From the NCBI RefSeq assembly GCF_028641065.1, contig NC_073393.1, positions 9,982,001 through 10,046,000 on the forward strand: a DNA stretch of 64,000 nt, written 5' to 3'. This DNA comes from Leucoraja erinacea (Eukaryota). Positions 13,885 to 27,572 of the stretch are shown piece after piece. The position numbers and the translations under genes were made by a program. Positions within the stretch are counted from its first letter, which is position 1, and each line of letters starts with the position of its first letter. Below the pieces are notes generated by a model, which was not told the DNA's origin, did no database searches, and saw nothing but the letters and a program-made list of their open reading frames with translations.

Positions 13885-15759
13885 CTAAAAATATGAAGAA
13901 TACGGAAGTAAAAAACATGATTTTTTGCTATTGCACATAATTCTTTGCCTCTTGCATACAAACATACAAATTAAGAATATAAATCCACTGCTTTCCCCTG
14001 CAATCCTATTCCACTCTACAATAAGATCATGCCTCATTTGATCATTAGCTTCAACTTTGCATTGCCATCTACCCCCAATCACCTCTCACCCTTTGAATCA
14101 AGAATCTATCTATCCTTGCCTTAAAAATACTTAAAGGCTCAGTGTCTAATATTGTTTGAGGATGATTCACAACGCTCTGAGTAAAAAGAAAAATCACCTA
14201 ATCTCTGTCTTAAATGATTGACTGCTTGTTATTTTTAAAAGGACATACATGAAGGAATTTCTTTAGCCAGAGGGTGGTGAATTTGTGGAATTCATTGCCA
14301 CAGAGGCCAAGGCAGTGGGTATATTTGAAATGAAGGTTGACAGGTTCTTGATTAGTAAGGGCATCAACGGTTATGGGGAGAAGGCAGGAGAATGGAATTG
14401 AGAGGGAAAAATAGATCTGTCATGATCAAAAGGCAGAGTAGCTCGATGGGCCAAAATGGCCTAATTCTGCTCAAGTGTCTTATGTCTTAAACAGTGATAC
14501 CTGTTGTATAATGTCCCACAACAGGAAACATCATCTCCATGTCCACTTTGTTAAGACCCTTCAAGATCTTGAACTCAAATAAATTACTTGCAGTTAAGTA
14601 TCGATATGGCATGAAAAGAGAATAACACAGAGAAAAAAAACACTTCGCAGCTCAGGCAGCATCTGTCATGACAATGAGATCTTCGACTTGAAACATACTC
14701 AGTAAATCCTGCACTTTTTTTGCCTTGGTTTGAGACATTGAGTGAGAATAGGAGAGAAGTGTTTGCCTATTTGTTACCACTGCAAATGTAAGATATAAAT
14801 ACCTTTACAAAGGAGATGAAGATACGCTAAGAGAATGGTTCTGAACGTCAGTATGTGCTCTACAGCTGGAAAAATGGGACAAGTAAAGTGAAATACAAAT
14901 GAAAAATGGAGTGAGAGAAAGTATAAGATAATAAAGAAAGTGCAAAAATCCAACAAGATACATGAATAGAGAGACAAAATTACAATGACGTCAGGTGATC
15001 AGGTTGTATTCTAAAATTATCAAAATAGACAAACCTGAAACAACTTACAGTGGCATCGCAGATAACTGGATCCTTGTGTCTTACTTGTTATGATTTGGGA
15101 ATACCAAAGTTTAAATTATTTTTTATCAGTCTTAAAAGTAGTTGAACCCACAGGGAAATTCATTGGTGCTGCTCTGACACCACTGGCATGGTAGAGAAAA
15201 CAGCATATGCTTGAACAGAGTTTCCACTGCTCTCCCAGTGTAAGAACAACATGAGCACAAGCAGGACTGAGGATTTTCTGCTCTATCAGCATTTTCAAAA
15301 CACATTTTAATATATTTATTAGATCATTTAAAATAAGTGGTGTTCAAGTGTGCAGAAGGTAATTTTATGTTAAATTAATGTGTTTGTTACAAATTATATT
15401 GATAGCAATTTCATTTTCAAAAAACAAATTTGATTCCAAAAGCAATATTACAGACAAATATACAAGTTAAAAGAAGATATTGCCTTTGATATTTATCTAT
15501 CGTTTTAAATTACTTGGACACATTTTCAGTGTTAATAAACTCAAAATAATAATTCCAGGTGTTGTGCCCACTATAGTCTGACCTTTAATTCTGACCTTCA
15601 TTATTTTTTAACAGAAAATTGGACTCTGTGGAAGTACTATTTTAAATGTTCCAGAAATGTATTTTCAGTCATTTTAATGAAAACACAGCCCATTTGTGTC
15701 CATACATCACCATCAAACAAAATTCTGAATAATTAGAGTCATGGTATCTGTCTAAACTT

Positions 15760-16038
15760 TACTTTTAGACTTTAGAGATACAACACGGACACAGGCCCCG
15801 TGGCCCAACGAGACCACGCTGACCACTAAACTATGCATACTAGGGACAATATTTTTCACAACTTCCCAAAGCCAATTAACTTACAAATCTATTTGGATTG
15901 TGGGTGGAAACTGGAGCACCCAGAGAAAACCCACAAGGTCATGGGGAGAAGGTCCAGACAGCATCCGTTGTCAGGCTTGAACCTGGGTCTCTGGTGCTCT
16001 AAAGCAGCAATTCTACCGCTGCGCCACCCTGCCGCCCT
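15760..16038 (-). mobile_element. HE1-like SINE
   Basis: Same head and core as 523-858. Confidence 0.75.
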
Positions 16039-16958
16039 TTAAAGAGAAGATCAATTTAATTTAGTCATATTGCAACTGACTAGGAATGGCAGCCTTTGGT
16101 CATCTGTAACAGGAAGAAGCTCCAAAAAAGCTGAGCTAAGTAAGTATGGGATGGAACTCTTCAGTGACTGAAATCACACCTGGTTCAAGGTAGAAGATTG
16201 AGGCTTGCGCTTGTCAGTTGGCTCAGTCCAAGAATATTGCAGCAAGGATTCCCTTAGCCAGTTGCTAGCCCCACCCAGCTTCAGCAATGAATCATCATCA
16301 CATTAGAAAGGCTGTTCACTGGCAAATGGGCAAAGTTCAGAAATTACCGCAATCCGCACACCAAAGCAGCTAGACCTTGGCAACAATGAACTTACAGGTG
16401 GATGGTAACATTGGCACCACCTCCAACAAGAGGAAATCTAAGCATCTCCCAATGCCATTTAATGATAGGATCATCACCCACATCATTGATATCCTGGGGT
16501 CATGAATGATCAAGAATTCATACAAAACCCACGTAGTTAGTAAAACAAATTAAGAGTTAAATATATTTGGAACAAGTGCCTTGTCCCTTAACCCTGCCAG
16601 ACTTTTCTTCTGCTTAAAAAATACAAACTAGAGTTGCCCACTGGGTTGGGAGGATGTAGCTCTGTCAACACTCAGAAAACATGACCCCAAACAAGCCCAA
16701 GAAATTCTCTTTATCAACATTTCCTATATCAGCATTTCACTTATTTGCCTAAGCATCCACCATCTCCATAATGGGCACACCAGCATGCACTGTGTTAATT
16801 TCTCAACACTTATTATCTAAAAGGCTAAAGGATGCATTTAGATAGGTACAGTATCATCCCACAGATTCATCCAAATCACTGAATATCCTAATATATCATG
16901 TTGCTGAATCAAACATGTGGTAATAACTGCATGTTTGGAAATATTTTAAGCAACTTGC

Positions 16959-17116
16959 CCTGTGTATGTTTTCATATGTGATGGCTCTGCTGTCATTCCC
17001 TCGAAGGAAAGCAATACAAATTCCAGTCAAACCAGCATGTTTCCCATCGGTAAGAAACAGCTTCTTCATTTTGCAACTTGTAAATCCTGCATTGGGTCCA
17101 CTTGGTTCAAGAGCAA
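16959..17116 (-). CDS. DNAH5: DNAH5-like exon (ALEPSG...KLFLTDG...ITYENIHR), ends at a GC donor
   Basis: 158 nt, phase 1 to 0; AGG|gcaagt donor is required to keep frame. Confidence 0.85.
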
Positions 17117-17346
17117 CTATATAATGATATAAAATAATATTGTAAACTCAATATGTCACAAATCTTCATTAAAATTTGTTTGCTATTCATAATCATCATG
17201 GCTGATCATTCAAAATCAGAACCCCGTTCTTACTTTCTCCCCATATCCCCTGATGCCGTTAGCCCTAAGAGCTCTATCTAACTCTCTCTTGAATACATCA
17301 GTTTGTGAGTTTGTGCAAGTGTTTGCACATGTAAATAAAGTACAAC

Positions 17347-17431
17347 CTGGTTCTGGATGATCAACTTCTTGGTAGAAGAACAGGAGGCTTTGCCTGCCAT
17401 CAACAATGAAAAAATTATCAATCTGTTCCAG
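17347..17431 (-). CDS. DNAH5: DNAH5-like exon (LEQIDNFFIVDGRQSLLFFYQEVDHPEP)
   Basis: 85 nt, phase 0 to 1, ttttcag acceptor. Confidence 0.88.
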
Positions 17432-17650
17432 CTGAAAAAGATGAACATTTATTTTGTAATCAGTATTGTTATTTTTTCACTAAATGATGTTCCCTGTTTT
17501 CTCTTTTCTGTTGCATCTAATCTCTGTAAATACACATTAATCTGCATTTAGTCACAATCCCTATCCTAACTTCCCCATCCCCTACTAAAACTATATTATT
17601 AAAATTTGTGCACCCAAATATTAGCAACTGTTTGTTCTTGTACTTCGGTC

Positions 17651-17900
17651 GGGCGGCACAGTTGCACAGCGGTAGAGTTGCTGCCTTACAGCTCCAGACC
17701 AGAGTTTGATCCTGACTATACAGTAGGTTCTGTCTGTATGGTGTTTGTACGTTCTCTAAGTAACTGCATGGGTTTTCTCCGGGTGCTCCGATTTCCTCGC
17801 ACACTCCAAAGACGTACGGGCTTGTAGGTTATTTGGCTTTGATAAAAATTGTTAATTGTTGCATGTGTGTAGGATGGTGCTCGAAGATTGGGAGATCACT
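17651..17900 (+). mobile_element. HE1-like SINE
   Basis: GGGCGGCAC..GCAGCGGTAGAGTTGCTGCC head. Confidence 0.78.
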
Positions 17901-18171
17901 TGTGGATTCATACCTACCAGTGACAATGGCCAGACAAATGTAAACTAATTTAAGTAAAAAAAAAGGGAATAGAAGAGAATACTCAGAGTGCTGGAATAGC
18001 TCAATGGGTCAAGCAGAATCTCAGAACATGGATAGGTGACGAGGAAAGGATACAGAGAAGGTTTACCAAAATGATGTCTGCATTAATGGGTATTGGCTAC
18101 AGGATGAGGTTGGATAGATTTGGATTGTTTTCTCTAGAACGCCGGATGTCGCAGAAAGACCTGATAGAAGC

Positions 18172-19148
18172 ATGATGATCTGGATGAGGGAATTGAAGGC
18201 AATATCTCCAAGTTTGCGGATGACACTAAGCTGGGGGGCAGTGTTAGCTGTGAGGAGGATGCTAGGAGACTGCAGGGTGACTTGGATAGGCTGGGTGAGT
18301 GGGCAAATGTTTGGCAGATGCAGTATAATGTGGATAAATGTGAGGTTATCCATTTTGGTGGCAAAACAGGAAAGCAGACTATTATCTAAATGGTGGCCGA
18401 TTGGGAAAGGGGGAGATGCAGCGAGACCTGGGTGTCATGGTACACCAGTCATTGAAGGTAGGCATGCAGGTGCAGCAGGCAGTAAAGAAAGCGAATGGTA
18501 TGTTAGCTTTCATTGCAAAAGGATTTGAGTATAGGAGCAGAGAGGTTCTACTGCAGTTGTACAGGGTCTTGGTGAGACCACACCTGGAGTATTGCGTACA
18601 GGTTTGGTCTCCAAATCTGAGGAAGGACATTATTGACATAGAGGGAGTGCAGAGACGGTTCACCAGAATGATTCCTGGGATGTCAGGACTGAATTATGAA
18701 GAAAGACTGGATAGACTTGGTTTATACTCTCTAGAATTTAGAAGATTGAGAGGGGATCTTATAGAAACTTACAAAATTCTTAAGGGGTGGACAGGCTAGA
18801 TGCAGGAAGATTGTTCCCGATGTTGGGGAAGTCCAGGACAAGGGGTCACAGCTTAAGGATAAGGGGGAAATCCTTTAAAACCGAGATGAGAAGAACTTTT
18901 TTCACGCAGAGAGTGGTGAATCTCTGGAACTCTCTGCCACAGAGGGTAGTTGAGGCCAGTTCATTGGCTATATTTAAGAGGGAGTTAAATGTGGCCCTTG
19001 TGGCTAAGGGGATCAGGGGGTATGGAGAGAAGGCAGGTACGGGATACTGAGTTGGATGATCAGCCATGATCATATTGAATGGCGGTGCAGGCTCGAAGGG
19101 CCAAATGGCCTACTCCTGCACCTAATTTCTATGTTTCTATGTTTCTAT
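18172..19148 (+). mobile_element. CR1 LINE 3' fragment
   Basis: SKFADDTK, RPHLEYCVQVW, RRLRGDLIE, (TTTCTATG)n tail. Confidence 0.92.
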
Positions 19149-19309
19149 AAAATTCTGATAGGCATCGATAACGTAGACAAACAGAATAGTTTCCCCAAGA
19201 TGGTAAAAAATCAATCACTAGATGGCATAGCTTTAATGCATGTTACATAGTTATGAGAACGAAATCTATTTAAATAATAATATGTACAGAATAAAAGAGT
19301 AGTACTTAC

Positions 19310-19444
19310 TTGAGATCCTTCCAGTATAGTATCTTCAATGTCAGACTTCTCCAAAGGGACACAGGTTGCCACCATATCGAAAATATATTCATGTCTGGGG
19401 TCAAACTGCAGCCGCTTAGCTTCATGTTCCTCTCTTAGTTTGTG
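19310..19444 (-). CDS. DNAH5: DNAH5-like exon (HKLREEHEAKRLQFDPRHEYIF...ILEGSQ), equivalent to DNAH5 exon 2
   Basis: 135 nt, ttgcag/gtaagt. Confidence 0.9.
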
Positions 19445-21364
19445 CTGCAATAGAACAAAACAATATGGATTTGTGATATTCTCCCTACAACGTGGCAGAA
19501 CTTCCTATCTCGTATAACGGCTCTGATTAAAGCAAATGTAGCAGCTCAAGAAGTGGAATAGTTTCTCCATCGTGCAGCACTTGTACCAACAAGGCACTGT
19601 GGAGAAGGATGTTGGTTTAAATTATAGAACTTCTACATTAGGTAAACACAAGCAACAGGGAATTGCCTGCATGCTCTACTCCCAAACCAAATGTTTCTTC
19701 ATCATCCTCAAAGAATAATTTCACAGCACTTGTTATGTATTTAACCAACAGCAATAAACCTGATTGCTCATGTAAACAATATACCACAAGACCAATTTAA
19801 ACAGAATCAATATTTTTGATTCATTTCTAAAATGCTAATCACGAAACACAAGTTTTGATTTGACTTCAGTTGCAGGGGTAATTCGTATATCACTGTACCT
19901 TAATTGGTACATGTGACAATAAAAACCCTTTGAAACCTTTGTTTTCCCAGGAATGTGAGTGCTAAAAGATGTCATGCAGCATTTTGTGTTGAGAGTTTTT
20001 ACTGACTGCACTGAGACCTGGTGTGGGTTCTATCACACCCTGTTGCTGCACACTGCCGTGCTGGAAATGAATGTTATTGCCTTTGTTACCATGGAGAGAT
20101 TTCTGGGTTTGTGAGAGCTGTTCAGCCAAACCAAGAAAGGGGTTGACAGAACCATCCATCACATCCTATAGAAGGTGATGAGTTAGACTGTTGGATCAAG
20201 TCAGTCTATCAGCAATAGAGCTGGTACTACCAGTCCATAGCCTGACCCACACTCTATGTGTTTTTCAGGGTACTGACCTGAGCCCCACATCTCAGCGATA
20301 ACTGGCCGTAGCCATACCCAATTAATATCATAGTCTAAACGTTTTAAACATTATTCTGTTCCAGCTTTACATTCCTTACAGTTGACTTTGTTTTCTGTCT
20401 TAACTGACCATTGCTTCTCAACCCCACGCCATGTTAATATGTTGCATTTACTTTAATAATCTTTACAAACCAGTTCTTTATGGCAATGATATTATACACT
20501 GGGGCATTTCAGAAACACTTTAAAATAACCATATGTTTGAAATATTTAACTATTTATTTAGGCTACATCTTACAATGATGTGTAGCAGAATCGAAACAAA
20601 ATTACTGACAATAAATATGTTGTCAATTTATGAATACAATTAATGTAACCTACTTGATTTTAGACCAATTTAGCGGTGCAATGGCATTCCTTTAATTCTT
20701 TGTATTGGGCACGTTTCTAAATTTAATGACGTGTATTCAGCAGAAAAGCAAACCAATTTGATACATTTTATTCTCTGTTTCCAACCGATACTGGTAGCAC
20801 CGTCTTAAACGCATTACAGCTGTATTAAGGGTGGACATCACGAGCCTCTATGTTTCAATTGACCTTTAATTATTTGCATTTTGCATTTGGTGTATTAAAA
20901 ACAGGCATTTTAACCCAGAAATCTTAAGCTTTGTTTGTAATATACTGTAGTTAAAATTAACCAAAAACAAGTCACTTGGGAACGCTGAGGAGACATTCAA
21001 TCTGACAATCCAATGTCGGAATCCAAAAGTAGACATCATTGGAGAAAGAGAAACTTCACTGGACAATAAACACTTTTAAGAACATTTTCAGCAATCTTGG
21101 AAATTAAGTAGCAAAATAACCATTATATACAATATGACAAAAGTCAGGGAGCAGTCAACCTGTCCAGCATGTTGCTGCCTGTAGATATCAATATATTCTC
21201 TAATTATCAACAATAACAACTTTATTATTTTCAGTGGCTAAAATCAGGAATTGAAAATACCATGCCTATCATCTAAAACCACCACACATTTTCCTCCAGA
21301 GATTAATATGTTAATAATCATTCTGAAACATTAAAGTACAGTACATATTTTATGTGTAGTCATG

Positions 21365-21900
21365 ATGGATTCCAGTTTTATTTTACAAGATTTCTTCTGT
21401 ACTTCCCCTGTTACTTGGTCTTCTTCCTTTGTATTTATTCCTTACTTTCTTAATTTTAACCTAATTTCATCTTTTAAACTGTACTTCCTCATATGTTTTT
21501 ATTTCCTCTAAACTTTTACCCAGTTTTCCAAGTTCTCGGTTCGTCTCAACAATTTTCCCTACTGCTACCTGACCTCCCGTCTGTTCCTATTTTCCATTCA
21601 TTGCCGATTATTTTGAAAACCATGGCTTCTTCAGATTTTATATGCTTATTCTATCACCATTGATCTATCAGCTTCAAACACTGCCTGACCTCACCTCTTC
21701 CTATTTTCCCATCATTGTCAATTTTGCCAGTTTTACCTGCTTCTCCTTTGTCTCCATCAGGCAGGCAACAAATGGAAGATGCACTGTTTCAGGGTGATAC
21801 AATGCAGGACAGCTGGAGCACCACACAGAGCTGAGGTCACATTAGAGAACGGGTTCACTGCTAGGAGCACCACAAGTCTTTCCTATTTATTCATCCTCAT
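21365..21900 (-). pseudogene. Decayed collagen-domain (C1q/otolin/collectin-like) coding remnant
   Basis: CCLPD-GDK-GEA-GKT-GKI-DND-GKI-GR, then a second block where every third codon is GGN or one substitution from it; multiple stops and frameshifts. Confidence 0.5.
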
Positions 21901-23174
21901 TTCAAAATAATAATCAATCTTTTTTAATGCATATTATCATTAGGCTTACTGTTACATTTTCCTTCAAATGATTTATATTCGCCTGTAAAATTGTTCCCAG
22001 AAACCTTGCGTATTTATGTTTCCCACACTTGGTTGAGTCTTCCCTTCATTAAATTTTTGTGCTGGTTGACATTACAAAAGTAATCCAATACAATAAAAGC
22101 CAGTCCGGTGATGCATAGTAGTGCAGTCATCTGAGAAGCTGCCATTGAATTTGGACGGCAAGCAACCACCAAAGGTTTGTGGTGTTTGCACTTTAAATTC
22201 TCATTAAACAGAATTGTTTGGATTATCATGTATAGTTACAAGAGTGATGGATTATAAGCCTTTTAAGAAAAAACAGTTATATCAAAATTGGCTTTTATTT
22301 AATTGAAAACAACATGATTAACTCTTTACGACTGCATAATTAGCAGCAGAAAAACACATAATTTATTTATAGATCCATCAGAGATAAGGAAAGCTAGGTT
22401 CCTCCCATACCAAGAATTGTAATTCTGGAAGATGTTGCTTAGGGATTAGGGTACAGTTTTCTATATTAAAAAATTGTATCGATTTGACCAGCCAAAGTTA
22501 ATCTTAAGAATGGTGTGCATGCTTTGTGCTGTTGCAAAGTAGAGACCTTTGGTCTGTCTTAGCCTTTGTCTTCGTGCAAATTATAACGTACAATTTAACA
22601 CAGAATTCTCTCAAAGTTTTGAAATACCCCACATGCCTGGGAACTTTTTAATAACAACTTCACAACAGGCAGCTACAAACAATGGATTGCTTCAGTCCAT
22701 CTTAACTAATTTATCCAGGTTTACATTTGTCTCTGTCGGACCAATTTTAAGCAAGAAAAATTAAAGACAACAGTAAGAACAGGGTTCATGGACAGTTGGG
22801 GCATGACGTGGGATAGGATATAAACAGCAGAATCTGGATATGATGGTTTGAGAGATTAGAAAGGAGATTGATAGAAGAGCATTCAAGCATACCTCCAGAT
22901 TCAGGAACAGTTTCTTCACAACTGTTATCAGGCAACTAAATGCTCCTCTCTGTTAGAGTGCAGTTTTGACCTCCTGTAGGAGACCTGTAAACTATCTTTA
23001 AATTGATTTTATCAGACTTCAATGTCGTATCTTTGCACTAAATGTTATACCCTTTATCTGTGCACTGTGAACAGCTTAATTACTGTATATTGATGTACAG
23101 TCTTTTCTTTGACTGGATAGCACACAAACAAAATATTTTCACTGTACCTCGCTACATGTGATAATAATAAACCT

Positions 23175-23790
23175 CACTGATTATGGTCTGTGGATCTGGA
23201 AGTTAAGGATTCAGTTGTAGAGGGGAGTGCTGACTCCAAGTTCCACTAGTTTAGAGATGAGCTTGGTTGGGATGATGATATTGAAAGCAGAGCTATAGTC
23301 GATGAATTGGAGTCTGTCGTAGGTGTCCTTCTTGTCCAGGTTGAGTGTAGAGCCAAGGATAGAGCATCACCTCTGGACCTATAGTGGCGGTAGGATCAAG
23401 GTTGCTTGGTAGGCTAGAGTTAATATACACCATATCCGGTCTCTCGAAGCACTTCATGATGGTAAATCTTGCTTTTCTTCGGCATCAGGATGATAATTCT
23501 CGGAGCAGGTGGGTATCTCAGAACAGAGTAGGGACAGATTAAAGATGTCCGTGAACACTTCTACTAGTTGGTCCACACGGTTCCTAAGGACACAGTCAGG
23601 CACTCCATCTGGGCCAGTTGCTTTTTGAGGGTTCACCCTCGGAAAACCGATCTTACCTCTGCAATAATGACTGTGGGAACAGGCACACTCAAGTCAGTTA
23701 GGATGGATCTCATCAACCTATTGGCCTTCTACTCAAAGCGAGCAAAGAATGCATTAAGTTTATTAGGGAGGGATAAATCAACAAAGTTTA
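23175..23790 (-). mobile_element. Rex1/Babar-type LINE RT fragment (a plus-strand 3' tail lies at about 22880-23172)
   Basis: KATGPDGVP..VL...DQLVEVFTDIFNLSL. Confidence 0.7.
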
Positions 23791-24416
23791 TGAAATAATT
23801 CAAACCATTGTGTTCATCTCAGCCAAAAATACTCTCCAGACTAGTCCCACACCTCAGCTTAAGGTTAGTACTCCTAGAGAATTTGTAACATCAAATGTCC
23901 AGCTGGGTACAATTTGGAAATGTGAGGTTTCTATCTGCACCACTTAATTAGGCAGAGAATTCAAAATGTCACCATATTTTGGGAGAAAATATTTTTCTTT
24001 CATCTCCCATCATTTTTGCCTCTACCGCTTCTCAAAGCTTATTCCAAATGTGGATTATTCTGCCTATGAAAATATTTCTCCTGATCAATGCCTTAAATTC
24101 TCTTGTGATTACTGTTAACACAAACACTTTGTTCCATTTGATTTAAAATATCTCACCCGCTGGTATTTTTACAATATTTAAATTTTCATGTCCTTACGAT
24201 GTCCCTGTGCATCTTACAGCCACCGAAGTACCTTGTACTGTAGATGTTCTTGTGATGCAGTGGATGTTACCAAATATTAATTTACAAATCTGGACAAACA
24301 ATCCACAGATTTAAGTTCAATTGCCACGACGGCACCAGTAGATTTTAATAAATTGTTCTTTCTTTAAACCATGAGTGAGGACCAACACAATACTGGATTG
24401 CTGAAAAAGTCCATTT

Positions 24417-25454
24417 GGTAGCAATGTTACAAAATTTTGAGATTTAAACAATCAAGTCTGCAATGTATCCCATCAGATAAAGCATAACAATGTTTAATTT
24501 GACACCTAATTCACTTTCATATCTCAAGTATTTAAAACGTTATGGCCATTTTCATACTCGAAAATTAGCATCTTGTTCCCTATTGATTTTCTACGGACAT
24601 AACAAAAAAGCTGTGATCGTGGACAGTCAAAAGCCCATAACTTTCTTAAAAATTAAGAGAACTGAATGAAATTTTCAGTTATCATAGGTTGAAGCATTCT
24701 GAAACAAATATAAATCAATCTTACTTGGATGACCTGAAATTAAAGCATATAATTAGTTAGTTACCCAATTGGAGCTAATTTCAAACTTCAATTACTAGAT
24801 CTAAACATCTATCTATTTCTTAATAAATGATTAACATTTTTAAATAGCCTAAGTGTCCAAATAATATTCACAAATAATTCACAATAAAACATGATTTTTA
24901 AATCTCATTGACATTAATTTATAGGCCAAATGGAAGGAATTTAGTGTTCAATTGCTGTAAATTAAAGTCAATTTAAATCAGCTTTCTAGTGGGTTCCTGT
25001 GAACGCACTGGTTTAGAACGTTCACATTGCGGTAGATTTGTGCCCTAAAATGCCCAGAAAAATACTGCGGGATATAATGGGCCCAAAATGAGCTACTCGC
25101 TACATTAAACTTTGTATAAAGGGATCTTAAGAAGCCCTTTTTAATGAAAAAATAAACAGCCTACCTTCTGTTGGCCCCTGTATGAGACCCTGCCGGTTGC
25201 CGGTGGTCACGGGTTTAGAGGTTAATTTTTAAACTACTACAACAATTATATAAAGCCTTTAAAACTAATAATAGCTAAAGCGACGGAATATTCAAGCGAT
25301 TTTCCGTTAATAATTAACTAGGCTGAACATCCTCGATTGGAACAGCCTAGGGAAAATCGCGTTTTAAACCCGCCCCCTCTAAACGGCGCCAAAATCGCAC
25401 ACACCCGCAGCGACAGATTTTCAGCGACGCTTCAGGTAGGCTTTGCAACATACC
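24417..25454. mobile_element. Probable non-autonomous DNA transposon
   Basis: Inverted ends ATGTTACAAA / TTTGCAACAT and a composition distinct from the flanks. Confidence 0.5.
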
Positions 25455-26408
25455 TACATTTGGGTCGCTTATGACCTTCATGGAAGACCATCTCACATCT
25501 TTATCCAATTTGGACTATATGTGACCCCAGACCCATCAAGTTGGGTCACTCCCAAATACTCTTTGAAGCACCTGAGAAATAACTGTCCACTGACTATACC
25601 AGTGATGCAGAATCCCTAAAAATGCATAAATACAAATAAAAGCTTTCAGAAAAATCAATTTCGCAATGGCATGAATCGGACTTGGACAGTCAAAGGCAGA
25701 CAGCCAAAGTAAGGTCAACACAGGTTCTGAAGTAATATTTGTCTCCTCTATTAAGTGTTCTAGTTGTCTTATTCACCATAGATAATGTAAACATTAACAC
25801 ACATGATCAGAATGTAGAATGTTGGAGACAATGGAGACAACAAAGAATAGTTTAACATTCTGGAGTTATCATACTGCTGCTGTGATAATTCTATTAATTT
25901 TACCCATTCGAGAGACACTGGAGGAATTGCAGTTTCAGTTGGGCTAATTAATTCTGTCAAGTCTGCAATTATTTGAACTTGACAAAAAAACTTATTGGAC
26001 AGGGACTCACTGATATAAAGACATTATACTTCAGGAAGACCAAAGTACTCCCCCGAGCACAGAATAGAGAGCCTCTTTTGTCGAGTCAAGTAAAATGGCC
26101 TGTTAATGGAGGTAAGAATAGCATGTTCATTATTTTGGACTACTTCACCTAAATTAATTTATTAAAATGTATCAATACAATCATAACTATTCCATACATA
26201 TTGTGAAATCAAACATTTTAGTCATTTATATTGATCCTCATTTCACCAATTTTCAACTGAATATTTCCTCCAGTAAAATGGTACTTCAACGGCTGCAAAA
26301 AGCAAAGGTATATCAAAAGGGCATGATGCAGTATATGCAAGTCTTTACTTTTTTTGAAAGCCATTTTTCTCTACGCCCTTATCTTTTGTTTCTTATTGTA
26401 ATCAATAC

Positions 26409-26455
26409 ATTGATTTCAGCCTTCTCTCTGTTCGACATCTGAGCTTCCAAAAACT
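26409..26455 (-). CDS. Candidate upstream dynein exon (FLEAQ-MSNREKAEIN)
   Basis: C-rich tract plus tag acceptor, ATG at 26438, gtattg donor in phase 0 joining to HKLREEHEAKR; donor is weak and homology unconfirmed. Confidence 0.4.
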
Positions 26456-27215
26456 CTAGGGGGGGGGGAGGGGGGAACTCCAAAGATTGGCAAGTAAATA
26501 ATTTTTGCATCATTATGGGTCCCTTATCCTGAAATTATGCCCCTAGCTTTCAATTCTTTATTCACGGGAAAATACTCCATCAACATCTGCTCTTTCATTT
26601 CCTTTCAGAATGTTTCAAAGAAGTAACTTCTCATTCTGGTGGCCTATAATGAATACCTGTTTAACCAATTCATACAGCTCACTAGATAATTAACTACTGC
26701 TCTGCCCCCAACCCTGCCACCAACTCCAAAACCTCTCTGAGGCCTGAGAAACATTAAAGCACTGATGCTACGGCAGGTACCACCTGTCAAACAGCCAACA
26801 ATGGCCTATTGTGTGCCCCATATTTCCTTGATTATCGTTGCTTTTTGCATATTCCATTCATTTCTCCTAAATTCCATCTTTATCTCATGTTCCTCTTTCT
26901 CCTGCCTCTCAGTCAGAAGAATGGTCTCAACCCGAAACGTCACCTATTCCTTTTCTGCAGAGATGCTGCGTGATGACCCACTGAATTACTTCAGCCTTTT
27001 GTGTCTGTCTTTAGTTTAAACCAGCATCTGCAGTTCCTCCCTACACTTTCACACGTTTGGAAATCAGAATGATATAACATTTTAATTTTGGTCTCACCTT
27101 TCTAATTATTTTCTGTATCTGCACGTCAACCTTTTACACTTTACATAGAAGGATATCCCGATTCTCTGAATAGCAGTTTCTCACTAGTTAATAGTATTCC
27201 GTTTCTCTTCCACTA

Positions 27216-27572
27216 TAGGTCCACCACCAATTTTCCTGCAACTGGTGGTCTGGAACCACCTTTAATCTGGACAAAATTAGAGAGCGCACTTGAAATCCCT
27301 CCGGATGTCCATGAAATGGGGCGTCTAGGCCAGTTGAGGCGGCCAATCTCGACCTCATCGGGACTTCCATCCCGAATGATGGATCAAATTTCCCCCCCTG
27401 CCGGAGCCAGCAGATCCATTCCCACAGCCAACATCCGTCCCTCGGCGGCCAAGGCAGACAGTCCGGTACCATTCCACTCCTCTTGGAGGCCGTGATCATT
27501 GTTGGTCCGACAAAATGGATAATCCAGAATGGCTCTGGAACCAAGGGTGCTGGAATATCGGTGGTGGACCTG
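27216..27572. mobile_element. Tigger/mariner-like MITE
   Basis: TIR AGGTCCACCACC.AT.TTCC.GCA at both ends, flanked by TA. Confidence 0.75.

Larger units (their letters stand above)
41..19444 (-). other. DNAH5: Axonemal dynein heavy chain gene, DNAH5-like (N-terminal tail region, 12 exons, about 553 codons; continues off the left edge)
   Basis: Twelve exons with AG/GT(GC) boundaries and matching phases translate to a continuous DNAH5-type tail ([60 protein letters not shown]). Exon sizes mirror human DNAH5 as recalled. May be a paralog rather than the true ortholog. Confidence 0.88.

Noticed and set aside
17651-17730. tRNA gene
   Set aside because: A and B boxes belong to a SINE head; there is no cloverleaf and the SINE body follows.
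20866-21066. MMSTFGFRHW.. as dynein exon 1
   Set aside because: The nearest plausible donor is in the wrong phase for the 19444 exon and there is no recognisable homology.
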